Shown: piece by piece, positions 10,286 to 21,419 of the stretch
How positions within the stretch are numbered: position 1 is the first letter of the stretch
Layout: each line of letters begins with the position of its first letter
Origin: an uncultured delta proteobacterium
Lineage (GTDB): Bacteria > Desulfobacterota > Binatia > UBA9968
Direction: 5' to 3'
Assembly (NCBI GenBank): GCA_963816145.1
Contig: CAWFJP010000031.1
Location: forward strand, 32,001 to 96,000
DNA length: 64,000 nucleotides
The notes under the pieces: model-generated
What the model saw: only the letters and a program-made list of their open reading frames with translations
Database searches by the model: none
Told to the model about the DNA's origin: nothing
Position numbers and translations under genes: made by a program

Positions 10286-11266
10286 ATGTTAGACAAGGTG
10301 AAACGCAAGGCGATGCTGCGGCAGATGGTTTTGCTGCGGGCATTCGAGGAAAAACTTGAAGAGCTTTATCAGCGAAAAGCGATGTATGGCAGTACGCACT
10401 CTTACCGCGGCCAGGAAGCGATTGCCGTGGGCGTATGTTCGGCGTTGCAGCCGACCGATTTGATCGCCAGCTATCATCGCGGCACCGGCCATTTGATTGC
10501 CAAGGGCGCGGACTTATACACCCTCCTTTGCGAATGCATGGGCCGCGAGGAGGGTTATTCCAAGGGGCGCGGCGGCAAGATGCATATGGGCGATATGGCG
10601 TTCGGTTTTCTCGGCAACACCGGTACCGTCGGAGGCACCGTGCCGACGGCCACCGGCGCAGCATTATCGGCCAAAATCCGCGGCTCGAAAGAAGTCGTCG
10701 CCAGCTTCTTTGGCGACGGCGCAGCCAATCAAGGTGTCGTGCACGAGGCGATGAACCTCGCCGGCGTCTGGAAGCTACCGGTGATTTACGTCTGCGAGAA
10801 TAACCAATACGCCATGACCGTGAGCTTGGAGAAGAGCGTAGCGGTGAAACAATTGTCCGTGCGCGGCGCGGCTTACGGGTTCGAGGGCAAGACCGTCGAC
10901 GGCAACGATGTCGAAGCCGTTTACGAAGCGACAGAGCAAGCTGCGACTAAAGGACGCAGCGGCGGCGGCGCGACGTTTCTCGAATGCCTGACCTATCGTT
11001 GGGACGGTCATTTTGGCGGCGATCCCGGAACCGCCTATCGGACCAAGGAAGAAATCGAATCGTGGAAGCAAAAGTGTCCGATCAAGAGGTTGAAAGAAAA
11101 GTTAATCCAAGAAGGCCATCTTACCGAGGCGGAATTTCAAAAAATGTCCGATGACGTGTACGCCGAGCTGTCGGCCATCGCCAAGCGCGCTGAGGCGGCG
11201 CCGTTGCCGAAGAAAGAAGTCGATCTCGCTTCTATCTATGCGCCAGTTGAGGTGGCCCATGGCTGA
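10286..11266 (+). CDS. TPP-dependent 2-oxoacid/acetoin dehydrogenase E1 alpha subunit
   Basis: GQEA, GRGGKMH and FFGDGAANQG...ENNQY TPP-binding motif. Confidence 0.92.
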   Translation: MLDKVKRKAMLRQMVLLRAFEEKLEELYQRKAMYGSTHSYRGQEAIAVGVCSALQPTDLIASYHRGTGHLIAKGADLYTLLCECMGREEGYSKGRGGKMHMGDMAFGFLGNTGTVGGTVPTATGAALSAKIRGSKEVVASFFGDGAANQGVVHEAMNLAGVWKLPVIYVCENNQYAMTVSLEKSVAVKQLSVRGAAYGFEGKTVDGNDVEAVYEATEQAATKGRSGGGATFLECLTYRWDGHFGGDPGTAYRTKEEIESWKQKCPIKRLKEKLIQEGHLTEAEFQKMSDDVYAELSAIAKRAEAAPLPKKEVDLASIYAPVEVAHG

Positions 11267-12278
11267 TGCAGCGGCGAATCAAAGCGAAAGTAAACAGATG
11301 CGCATGCAGGAAGCGCTGCGCGAAGCGCTCCGTTCTGAGATGGCGCGCGACCCTCGCGTGTTTGTCATGGGCGAGGATGTGGCGTTGTTTGGCGGCGCTT
11401 ACGGTGTGACGCGCGGCTTGATCCAAGAGTTCGGCGACAAGCGCGTGCTCGACACCCCGATCTCCGAATCGGCGTTGGTTGGCCTGGCTGTCGGTGCAGC
11501 GATCAACGGCATGCGTCCAGTGGTGGAAATTCAGTTTGCCGATTTGCTGCCGCTCGCCATGGATCAGTTGGCGTCGCACGCGGCGCGTTATCATTATATG
11601 ACCGGGGGCCGAGTGAGTGTGCCGATGGTGATCCGCACCAAGTTCGCCACCCGTGCCGGCGGCGGACCGAGCCACTCGAGCTGCAACCATGGCGCGTTCA
11701 TTCATTTTCCCGGATTGAAGATCGCCATGCCGACGACGCCAGCCGACGCCAAAGGGATGCTACTATCGGCGATTCGCGATCCCAACCCGGTGCTGTTCTT
11801 CGAGAGTCATCATCTTTATGGCGTACGCGGTCCGGTGCCGGAAGGCGACTATACCGTGCCGATCGGCAAGGCGGTGGTGCGCCGCGCCGGAAAAGACCTG
11901 ACGATCGTCACCTGCGGCGGTATGGTGTTAAAAGCCGACGCTGCTGCCGATGAACTGAAGCAGAAAGGCATCGATGTCGAGATCGTCGATCTGCGCTCGC
12001 TCGCACCGTTGGACAAAGAGACGATTCTTGCCTCCGTTGCGAAAACCAAGCGCGCCATCGTCCTCGACGAAGGACCGATAATCGGCGGCATCTCCGCTGA
12101 GGTCGCGGCGATGATCCAAGAAAACTTATTTTCCGACTTGAAAGGTCCAGTCGTGCGCATCGCCGCGCAGCCGATCCCACCGCCGCACAGCCCGCCGCTG
12201 GTCGACGCGATGATCCCCGATGTCGATCAGGTTGTTGATGCTGTGATGCGCTTGGCTGAGGGCGGCAAGCTCGCCTAA
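11259..12278 (+). CDS. 2-oxoacid/acetoin dehydrogenase E1 beta subunit
   Basis: GEDV, DTPISE, DAKG and VDLRSLAPLD motifs; start overlaps alpha stop. Confidence 0.92.
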   Translation: MADAAANQSESKQMRMQEALREALRSEMARDPRVFVMGEDVALFGGAYGVTRGLIQEFGDKRVLDTPISESALVGLAVGAAINGMRPVVEIQFADLLPLAMDQLASHAARYHYMTGGRVSVPMVIRTKFATRAGGGPSHSSCNHGAFIHFPGLKIAMPTTPADAKGMLLSAIRDPNPVLFFESHHLYGVRGPVPEGDYTVPIGKAVVRRAGKDLTIVTCGGMVLKADAAADELKQKGIDVEIVDLRSLAPLDKETILASVAKTKRAIVLDEGPIIGGISAEVAAMIQENLFSDLKGPVVRIAAQPIPPPHSPPLVDAMIPDVDQVVDAVMRLAEGGKLA

Positions 12279-12397
12279 CTGCACCTTCGAATTGCCGAAA
12301 ACTTTTCTCCTTGAGCTCGCGGTGACGGTGGATTTAGCGCCGTCCGCGAGCTTTTTTCTTGGCGAGGGGAGAAAATTGATCCTGCTCAGTGGTTTTC

Positions 12398-12683
12398 CGC
12401 GAGTTGAGCAATCTGATGGAGCGCACCGTGTTGTAAAAAGCCGGTGCGACCATCGAACCGGACAACTTGGCTCTCAGGCCCGCTAGTGCTAACTAGGCTG
12501 CGTCCAAAGACAGCGGCTCGGTGCTAAGATCGATCTTTCCAAAGGCATCGTTCTCGACGATCTCGAACGAACCATCATCGAAGCGGTGCTGAGCCGCACC
12601 GGATGGAATCCTACGCCGGCGGCGCACCTGTTTGGTGGTCGCGCGAAATGCTGCGTTACCATATCGAGAGAAATACGCCTTGA
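12398..12683 (+). pseudogene. Relic of the C-terminal part of a sigma-54 (NtrC/Fis-type) activator
   Basis: RELSNLMERTVL* then, in other frames, KGIVLDDLERTIIEAVLSRTGWNPTPAAHLFG and SREMLRYHIE; broken by stops and frameshifts. Confidence 0.7.
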
Positions 12684-12784
12684 GAGCACCAGGCACCGGA
12701 ACAGATTGTTAAATTGCCCGGTGAAAGTTCAATTGCCCACCTGATTTCACCGGCATTCCGACAACAAACGATCCAGTCTGCGCA

Positions 12785-13405
12785 TCATGTCACCGGAATC
12801 ATGATGTGGGTTTGATACGGTTTATGTTGCTTGATGGCGTCGTACCAGCGCTCGATATGCGGCTGTTTGGGACGGTCGATGGGTAAATTAAACCAGCGGT
12901 AGGCCCAAACACCTAGCGGAATATCGCCCAGCGAAAACTCCTCGCCGCCGAGAAAGCGGTTCTTTGCCAGGTGATCCTCGACCATTTGCCAAGCCCTGAC
13001 AGTTTTATCGAGCGCCGCTTGAATCGCCTGGGGATCGCGTTTATCCGGCGGAGTTCGAATCGTCGCGAAAAACAACGGTACGATCACCGGATTGAATGCC
13101 GAGAGCTGCCAATCCATCCAGCGATTGGCATTGGCCATCCCCTCGGGTGATGCAGGCAACAGTTTGCCATTGCCGTATTTGGCGTTGAGGTAACGCATGA
13201 TGCTGTTCGATTCCCACAGCACGAAATCGCCGTCCTTGATGGTTGGCACCAAGCCATTGGGATTCATGGCGGCATATTCAGGATCTTTGTTGCCGCCAAA
13301 CTTGCCGCCCCAATCCAGACGCTCGAATTGCACGCCGAGCTCGCCGCAACACCAGAGCACTTTTTGCACGTTTGAAGAATCAGTTCGACCCCAGATCTTA
13401 ATCAT
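12785..13405 (-). CDS. Glutathione S-transferase family protein (GstB/YliJ-like)
   Basis: IWGRTDSSNVQKV, NPNGLVPTI and LWESNSI motifs. Confidence 0.92.
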   Translation of the reverse strand: MIKIWGRTDSSNVQKVLWCCGELGVQFERLDWGGKFGGNKDPEYAAMNPNGLVPTIKDGDFVLWESNSIMRYLNAKYGNGKLLPASPEGMANANRWMDWQLSAFNPVIVPLFFATIRTPPDKRDPQAIQAALDKTVRAWQMVEDHLAKNRFLGGEEFSLGDIPLGVWAYRWFNLPIDRPKQPHIERWYDAIKQHKPYQTHIMIPVT

Positions 13406-13543
13406 CGTCGCCTCCGTTAGTGGCAGTTTTGCCGCACTACTTATCATCGTTTCCGTCCAATGGGTAGCGCCGCTGGCCGCTGTAGTTTTACGGCAATTTC
13501 TGCTAGGAGTGACGGATCAAATCTATCGGAAAGCGAGTTGGGC

Positions 13544-13933
13544 ATGAATAACGTGGCGATCTTTACCGCGGTGATGATTGGCAGTGCCCTGTTCAGCGGG
13601 ATGACCTGTTGGGCGCAGGATCAGGCCGACGGGCGTAAGCTGTACGCCAGCTATTGCGCCAGTTGTCATGGTGAGAAAGGGAAGGGCGATGGCGTGGCGG
13701 CTAGATCGCTGCCGGCCAAACCCGCCGACCACACCAATGGCGCGGTCATGAACCAGCTCAACGATAAATTTCTCATGGAAGTCATCACCAAGGGTGGCAG
13801 TGCGGTGGGCAAGTCCAATTTCATGCCCCCCTGGGGCGGTGCTCTTAATGAAAAACAGATCCGCGACCTAGTGGTTTTCATACGGACCCTCGCAGTTCCC
13901 CCCTACAAGGGCGAGGCGCCGGTGAGTAAGTGA
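13544..13933 (+). CDS. Periplasmic monoheme cytochrome c
   Basis: Signal peptide, CASCH heme site and distal MPPW methionine. Confidence 0.9.
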   Translation: MNNVAIFTAVMIGSALFSGMTCWAQDQADGRKLYASYCASCHGEKGKGDGVAARSLPAKPADHTNGAVMNQLNDKFLMEVITKGGSAVGKSNFMPPWGGALNEKQIRDLVVFIRTLAVPPYKGEAPVSK

Positions 13934-13962
13934 AAAATCGCTAAATTTCTCGTCTGACCCCC

Positions 13963-13990
13963 TTGACGATTGGCTTTGCGAGATTAAATT
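13963..13990 (+). promoter_or_regulatory. Putative sigma70-type promoter of groES-groEL
   Basis: TTGACG-N16-TAAATT upstream of AGGAGG RBS; no CIRCE seen. Confidence 0.45.
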
Positions 13991-14045
13991 GACCGCATCC
14001 AACCGTTCTGGATATCTAAATCTTTGTTTTACTTAGGAGGGTGCT

Positions 14046-15976
<1,931 letters not shown>

Positions 15977-15996
15977 AAGTTACTGTCGATCGAATC

Positions 15997-16030
15997 AAAA
16001 AGGCGCTCGGGAAACCGAGCGCCTTTTTTT
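15997..16030 (+). terminator. Rho-independent terminator (potentially bidirectional)
   Basis: AAAAAGGCGCTCGG-GAAA-CCGAGCGCCTTTTTTT. Confidence 0.92.
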
Positions 16031-16077
16031 GTGCTTATAGCCCGTTTATTCCCATCCCAGCTGAGTGAAATTTTAGT

Positions 16078-16282
16078 TTAACAAAGACCGACGGCGCAGG
16101 CGTGCCCAATTCGGTGAAAGGCAATAACGGTGTTTATGGTTTCAACGCAGCCACCTATTATCGGTTTCAAGAGCGGCTTGGCGCCTTTGAAAAGTTGCTT
16201 TGCTCGTTTCGCCCCGAGTATGACAAGTTCGAAGCGATTAGGGACTTTTTTGCAGACAATCTTCGACTGTGATGCGTGCCAT
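16078..16282 (-). pseudogene. rpoZ: Degenerate RNA polymerase omega subunit copy
   Basis: MARITVEDCLQK, frameshift in an A6 run, VPNRFELVILGAKRAKQLFKGAKPL, second shift (ETDNR), decayed tail. Confidence 0.8.
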
Positions 16283-16303
16283 AACAACCAACACTGGGAA
16301 ACG

Positions 16304-16335
16304 GAAAAAGGGGAAGCTATTGAGCTTCCCCTTTC
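16304..16335 (-). terminator. Rho-independent terminator of hsp20 #1
   Basis: AAAGGGGAAGCT-N4-AGCTTCCCCTTT hairpin with U-run on the minus strand. Confidence 0.8.
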
Positions 16336-16357
16336 TGACCGGCGGGCCGCTGGACGG

Positions 16358-16804
16358 TTAATTTACGCTGATGGCGATCTGCTTGGGTTTGGCTTCGTCC
16401 GCTTTAGGAACATGAACCTCCAGGATGCCGTCGCGGAATGTCGCATTGATGCCATCCTGCTTGATTGTCTGTGGTAGATAAAAGCTGCGGGCAAATTTCC
16501 CCGAGGTCCGCTCCGAGCGATGATATCTAACACCGTCCGCTGGTTCCTCGAATTTCTTTTCACCGCTGAGCGTCAGAGCTCCTTCTTTGAATTCGACGCT
16601 GATCGTTTCCTTCGTCATTCCGGGTAGCTCTGCTCGAATCAGATAGGAATCCGGGCTTTCCAAAATGTCCACCGCAGGCGACCACCCGCTGGAGTAAGGC
16701 TGTAAGTGGCCATTAGCCCTGTCAAGAACACCATCGAAAAGCGCGTTAATCCGGGACTGCATCTTAGTTAGCCCGTCAAACGGCTCCCATCTTACCAAAT
16801 CCAT
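16358..16804 (-). CDS. Small heat shock protein Hsp20 (#1)
   Basis: WSPAVDI, AELPG and GILEVHVPK alpha-crystallin motifs. Confidence 0.93.
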   Translation of the reverse strand: MDLVRWEPFDGLTKMQSRINALFDGVLDRANGHLQPYSSGWSPAVDILESPDSYLIRAELPGMTKETISVEFKEGALTLSGEKKFEEPADGVRYHRSERTSGKFARSFYLPQTIKQDGINATFRDGILEVHVPKADEAKPKQIAISVN

Positions 16805-16840
16805 CGGTTACTCCTCCCTTCAAGTGAGATTTATATTAAA

Positions 16841-16889
16841 AAGCTAAGAACGCCTGAGTGAGTTGTCAAGTCGACTGCCGACCTTGACA
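16841..16889. promoter_or_regulatory. Divergent promoter region hsp20/lon
   Basis: Minus strand TTGACA-N17-TAGCTT (16869-16841), back-to-back with plus-strand TTGACA at 16884. Confidence 0.6.
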
Positions 16890-17026
16890 AATCGAATCCG
16901 CAGTCACAAGTTTTGCAAGTATTTCAACATCTTTTGCGACGCCGCTATGACAACAGCGATCCAAGGAGCAGTGGCCCACGAATCAGCTACCTGACAAATG
17001 CTTCGAGGATGATTAAATTGGTCAAC

Positions 17027-19507
17027 ATGAGTGAGCAAAACTACATCAACGATGGCATGACCACTGATACCCTGGACGATCGCCCAACCAGTCGGGGGCG
17101 AAGCAATCCTTCGCCGCTCGATGCCGCTTGGCCTGACGACGCGATGATCATACTGCCGCTGCGCAACTCGGTGTTATTTCCCTTGGTGCTTGCGCCGCTG
17201 AGCTTTCGCCGAAAGATGAGCGTTCAGGCGGTTGAGGAGGCGGTGCGCCGGGAAAAACCGGTCGGCGTTGTGTGCCAGCGCGATCCCGCGACGGCCGCGC
17301 CGCAACCGATCGATCTTTACTCGGTTGGGACCAGCGCGCAAATCTTGCGCGTCGGCAGACTCCCCAACGGTCTGCATCAAGTTTATGCGCAGGGCGGGCG
17401 TCGGTTCAAAATCGTCGACTACCTGCAAACCGAGCCCTTCCTGGTCGCGCGTGTGACGTATCTCGACGACGCGAAACCCGACTCGAAAGAGTTTGAAGCG
17501 CAGGTTCTGCATTTGCGCCAAACGATGCAGCATGCGCTCGCGCTCATGCCGGCTTCTGCGCCGGAGGTTTCCGCAGTCGTGGAGGGTCTGAAGGATGCCT
17601 CTGGATTTATCGATTTCGTGGCTTCGTGGCTCGATGTGTCGCTGGAAGAGAAACAGGAAATCCTGGAAACCATCGATCTCGATACCCGGGTGAAGAAAGT
17701 CGCGGCGAAGCTGCGCCGACAGGTGGAAATCCTCGAACTTACCAAAAAGATCGGTACCGACGCGAAGGATGCGATGGATCGGTCGCAGCGGGAGTATATG
17801 CTGCGCGAGCAGCTGAAGGCGATCCGCAAAGAACTCGGCGAGTCCGAGGGCAAGGCGACCGAGTTCGACGACCTGAAAAAGAAAATCGCCGCGGCTAAAA
17901 TGTCCGAGCAGGCCGAGCAAGAAGCGCTGAAATCGGTTGCCCGGCTCGAGCGTATGGCCGAGGGCGCGCCAGAGTACTCGATGGTCCGGTCGCACTTGGA
18001 CTGGCTGCTTGACTTGCCGTGGAATATTACAACCGAGGAGAATATCGATCTCGCCAAGGCGCGCGCCGTACTCGACGCCGACCACCACGATCTCGCCAAA
18101 GTGAAAAAGCGGCTGATCGAATTTCTTGCGGTACGCAAACTCAATCCGCAGGGCAAGAGTCCGATCTTGTGCTTTGTCGGACCTCCGGGCGTCGGTAAGA
18201 CATCCCTGGGTCAAAGTATCGCGACGGCGATGAATCGAAAATTTGTCCGGCAAAGTTTGGGCGGGGTGCATGATGAAGCCGAAATCCGCGGCCATCGGCG
18301 CACTTATATCGGCGCACTTCCAGGTCGTATTATTCAGGGCCTAAAGCGCGCCGGCAGTAAGAATCCGGTGTTCATGCTCGACGAGGTCGATAAATTGAGT
18401 GCTAGTTATCAAGGCGATCCGAGTTCAGCGCTGCTTGAGGTGCTAGATCCGGAACAAAACGATAGCTTTCAGGATCATTACATCGATGCGCCCTTCGATT
18501 TGAGCCAGGTGTTGTTTGTCGCAACGGCCAATGTGCTCGATACCGTTCCCGCACCGTTGCGCGACCGCATGGAGGTGATCGAGCTGCCAGGGTACGCGGA
18601 GGAGGACAAAGCGATCATCGCGCGCCGCTATTTGGTGCCGCGCCAACTAAAAGCCGTCGGGTTGACCAACGAGCAGATGACCATCAGCGATGACGCCCTC
18701 GGTGAAGTCGTCCGCGCCTATACGCGTGAGGCCGGGGTGCGCCAGCTCGAACGGGAGATTGGCGCCATCTGCCGCGGCGTCGCCACTCGCTTTGCTGAAG
18801 GGAACAGCGAGCCGGTCAGCGTGAATGTGCACTCGGTAAAGACCTATTTGGGAACGGCAAAATATTTCAACGAAGTGGCACTGCGCACGAGTCTGCCCGG
18901 CGTGGCCACCGGTCTCGCTTGGACGGCCGTGGGCGGCGATATCTTGTTTGTCGAAGCGACTAAGATGAGCGGTGAAGGCAAGCTTCTTCTCACCGGACAA
19001 TTGGGCGACGTCATGAAGGAGAGCGCCCAGGCCGCGCTTAGCCTAGTGAAGTCGCGCTCGGCATCGCTCGGGCTCGATGACGGTCTGTTCAAACGGCTGG
19101 ACTTGCACGTGCATCTGCCAGCAGGGGCGATTCCCAAGGACGGGCCGAGCGCAGGAGTAACATTGTTCACTGCTTTGGTCTCGTTGCTGACCGGACGCCG
19201 GGTACGCAACGACGTGGCGATGACCGGCGAAATTAGTTTGCGTGGCCTCGTCTTACCGGTGGGTGGTATCAAAGAAAAAGTTCTCGCCGCCAAGCGCGCC
19301 GGAATCCACACCGTGCTGCTCCCGGCACTCAATCATAAAGATCTAGAAGAGTTGCCGGTTGGTGTGCGTGAAACGATGCACTTTGAATTGGTTGAAACTG
19401 TCGACGATGTGCTTGAGCATGGGTTGGAAACTGCGCCGGAACATCCAGTGCTTAACCCGAAAGTCCATGCGCCGGAACAAACCGACCTGGCGGCCTGGCA
19501 GCATTGA
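17027..19507 (+). CDS. lon: ATP-dependent protease La (start uncertain, 17027 or 17057)
   Basis: GPPGVGKTS Walker A, MLDEVDK Walker B, PKDGPSAG catalytic Ser. Confidence 0.97.
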   Translation: MSEQNYINDGMTTDTLDDRPTSRGRSNPSPLDAAWPDDAMIILPLRNSVLFPLVLAPLSFRRKMSVQAVEEAVRREKPVGVVCQRDPATAAPQPIDLYSVGTSAQILRVGRLPNGLHQVYAQGGRRFKIVDYLQTEPFLVARVTYLDDAKPDSKEFEAQVLHLRQTMQHALALMPASAPEVSAVVEGLKDASGFIDFVASWLDVSLEEKQEILETIDLDTRVKKVAAKLRRQVEILELTKKIGTDAKDAMDRSQREYMLREQLKAIRKELGESEGKATEFDDLKKKIAAAKMSEQAEQEALKSVARLERMAEGAPEYSMVRSHLDWLLDLPWNITTEENIDLAKARAVLDADHHDLAKVKKRLIEFLAVRKLNPQGKSPILCFVGPPGVGKTSLGQSIATAMNRKFVRQSLGGVHDEAEIRGHRRTYIGALPGRIIQGLKRAGSKNPVFMLDEVDKLSASYQGDPSSALLEVLDPEQNDSFQDHYIDAPFDLSQVLFVATANVLDTVPAPLRDRMEVIELPGYAEEDKAIIARRYLVPRQLKAVGLTNEQMTISDDALGEVVRAYTREAGVRQLEREIGAICRGVATRFAEGNSEPVSVNVHSVKTYLGTAKYFNEVALRTSLPGVATGLAWTAVGGDILFVEATKMSGEGKLLLTGQLGDVMKESAQAALSLVKSRSASLGLDDGLFKRLDLHVHLPAGAIPKDGPSAGVTLFTALVSLLTGRRVRNDVAMTGEISLRGLVLPVGGIKEKVLAAKRAGIHTVLLPALNHKDLEELPVGVRETMHFELVETVDDVLEHGLETAPEHPVLNPKVHAPEQTDLAAWQH

Positions 19508-19608
19508 GCATGCGTCAATTCCGTAGCACACTCGATCGTGTTGCATAGAGACAGAAAGCGTAACTCAATTGACAAGGGCGTGCTCAAAGCGAAGGAGGTA
19601 AAACGTTT

Positions 19609-20064
19609 ATGGCTCAATGGAATCTCTTTGCGGATATGGATGCTCTGCGGGATGAGATCGACCGGACTATCGAAAACTTTGGTTTTAGCCGGTCGCCATC
19701 GCGAGGGCCGGCGTTTCTCCCCGGGCGTGAACCGAGACGCTATCCCTTGATCAACCTGCTGGAAGACAAAGACAACCTTTACATCGAAGCCTTGACTCCC
19801 GGGGTCGATCCGAAAACCATCAACGTTACTGCGTTGCAAAATCGTTTGACTCTTTCGGGCGAGAAAAGCGGCGTTAAAGATATTCGCCCGGAAGCGTTCC
19901 ACCGCAACGAGCGAGCGAGCGGCAAGTTTGTCCGGACCATCGATTTGCCGATGGAGGTCGATGAAGCAAAGATTCAAGCGGAATATAAGAACGGCTTGCT
20001 GTTGTTGACTCTGCCCAAGGCTGAAAAAGCCAAACCTAAGCAGATCACGGTTAAGGTAAACTAA
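19609..20064 (+). CDS. Small heat shock protein Hsp20 (#2)
   Basis: YPLINL, ERASGKFVRTI and NGLLLLTLPK. Confidence 0.92.
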   Translation: MAQWNLFADMDALRDEIDRTIENFGFSRSPSRGPAFLPGREPRRYPLINLLEDKDNLYIEALTPGVDPKTINVTALQNRLTLSGEKSGVKDIRPEAFHRNERASGKFVRTIDLPMEVDEAKIQAEYKNGLLLLTLPKAEKAKPKQITVKVN

Positions 20065-20090
20065 AAGATTATTTACTGGAGGAACCCATT

Positions 20091-20489
20091 ATGGCTGAAA
20101 GAACTGTGGCAGCTAACCCTCAAGAAAAATCTCCGGCTAGCCGGGAAGAGACTCGCAGCCAGGAACAATATATCACCCCGCCTGTCGATATTTATGAGAC
20201 CGCGGAGGGACTGGTGGTGACAGCCGATCTGCCGGGTGTTGCTAAGGAAGGACTTGACGTTAGAGTCGAAAATCATCTTCTGACCATACGGGGCAAGGCC
20301 GCGCACATCGGGTCCGGCGAGCCGGTCTACCGAGAATACGGCTTGGTGAATTTCTTTCGACAGTTCGAATTAAATGAGCGGGTCGACGCGAGCAAAATTT
20401 CCGCCGAACTCAAGCATGGTGTATTGACACTAAACTTGCCAAAAGCGGAAGAGGCCAAACCGAGAAAGATTGAAGTTATAACCGCGTAG
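20091..20489 (+). CDS. Small heat shock protein Hsp20 (#3)
   Basis: PPVDIYE, ADLPGV and GVLTLNLPK. Confidence 0.92.
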   Translation: MAERTVAANPQEKSPASREETRSQEQYITPPVDIYETAEGLVVTADLPGVAKEGLDVRVENHLLTIRGKAAHIGSGEPVYREYGLVNFFRQFELNERVDASKISAELKHGVLTLNLPKAEEAKPRKIEVITA

Positions 20490-20763
20490 CTCTACAGCGA
20501 TTTCCTTCAGGCCTGTGCCGCCAGGGGACGGTCGGGTTCGAATACCTAAAACTCAAGAGCCGTGGGAAAGGCGCATATGACATGAGTTCGCGCGCCTCCC
20601 GCGGCATTTCTATTCGGGAGTCGCGATCGTTGTCACCCCCTTTAACCCGGATCATTGACATATCCAGCTTTGCAACACCTAGCGATTACGAAGTCTCGAT
20701 CGGAGTGCCTAAGCTGCCTCTCGTCACGGTTCCTAGAATAGAGATTGGCTATTACGTGTCTGA

Positions 20764-20797
20764 AAATTTCAGAGGGGAAGCGCTGGCTTCCCCTCTG
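20764..20797 (-). terminator. Hairpin terminator of hsp20 #4
   Basis: CAGAGGGGAAGC-GCTG-GCTTCCCCTCTG; stem homologous to the 16304-16335 hairpin. Confidence 0.7.
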
Positions 20798-20822
20798 CTG
20801 ACTGATCCCTGCCGGTGGCAAT

Positions 20823-21269
20823 TTAGTTGAGCGTAATCGCAATTTGGCGCGGCTTGGCTTCCTCTGCTTTGGGAACATGAATTTCCAGGATACCGTCACG
20901 ATAGTTAGCCTTAATGCCGTCTTGTTGCACTGATTGCGGCAGATAGAACGACCGGGAGAACTTGCCGTTTTCCCGTTCCGCGCGATGATACGCTACGCCA
21001 TCGGTCAGCGGCTCAGACTTGCGTTCGCCGCTGAGCGTTAAAGTCCCATCATTGACTTCTAAGTTGAAGTCTTCTTTCGTCATGCCTGGAAGCTCGGCGC
21101 GGATCAGATAAGCGTCCTTGCTTTCCAAGATATCCACCGGAGGCATCCAGACTCCCGCGGTCGCCGAAGGCAGAGTCCGTGGACGGCCCAACCCCTCATC
21201 GAACAGATCGTTGATGCGGTTATGCAGCCGGCTCAATCCTTCAAAAGGTTCCCATCTTACCAGTTCCAT
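20823..21269 (-). CDS. Small heat shock protein Hsp20 (#4), close paralog of #1
   Basis: MELVRWEPFEGL vs MDLVRWEPFDGL; shared YLIRAELPGMTKE and RSFYLPQ. Confidence 0.93.
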   Translation of the reverse strand: MELVRWEPFEGLSRLHNRINDLFDEGLGRPRTLPSATAGVWMPPVDILESKDAYLIRAELPGMTKEDFNLEVNDGTLTLSGERKSEPLTDGVAYHRAERENGKFSRSFYLPQSVQQDGIKANYRDGILEIHVPKAEEAKPRQIAITLN

Positions 21270-21309
21270 AAATGCCCCTCCTTTCAAGGGTGTCGATTAA
21301 GATGGCGAA

Positions 21310-21349
21310 AACCTAAGTACGCATGGGCGACCTGTCAATCGGCTTGACA
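21310..21349. promoter_or_regulatory. Divergent promoter region hsp20/htrA
   Basis: Minus strand TTGACA-N17-TAGGTT (21338-21310), back-to-back with plus-strand TTGACA at 21344. Confidence 0.6.
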
Positions 21350-21419
21350 AACTAGCCGGGTGCCACTAGTTTTTACCGATTCGCCACGGTGAAGTGTGGG
21401 ATCGGACCAGGGAAATCCA

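Noticed and set aside
20529-20557. GGTTCGAAT resembling a tRNA T-loop, with an ACTCAAG HAIR-like half-site
   Set aside because: No T-stem pairing or cloverleaf; the left HAIR half matches only 4/7.
19520-20712. CIRCE-like fragments (TAGCACACTC at 19524; GAGTGCCTAA near 20703)
   Set aside because: No complete TTAGCACTC-N9-GAGTGCTAA inverted repeat.
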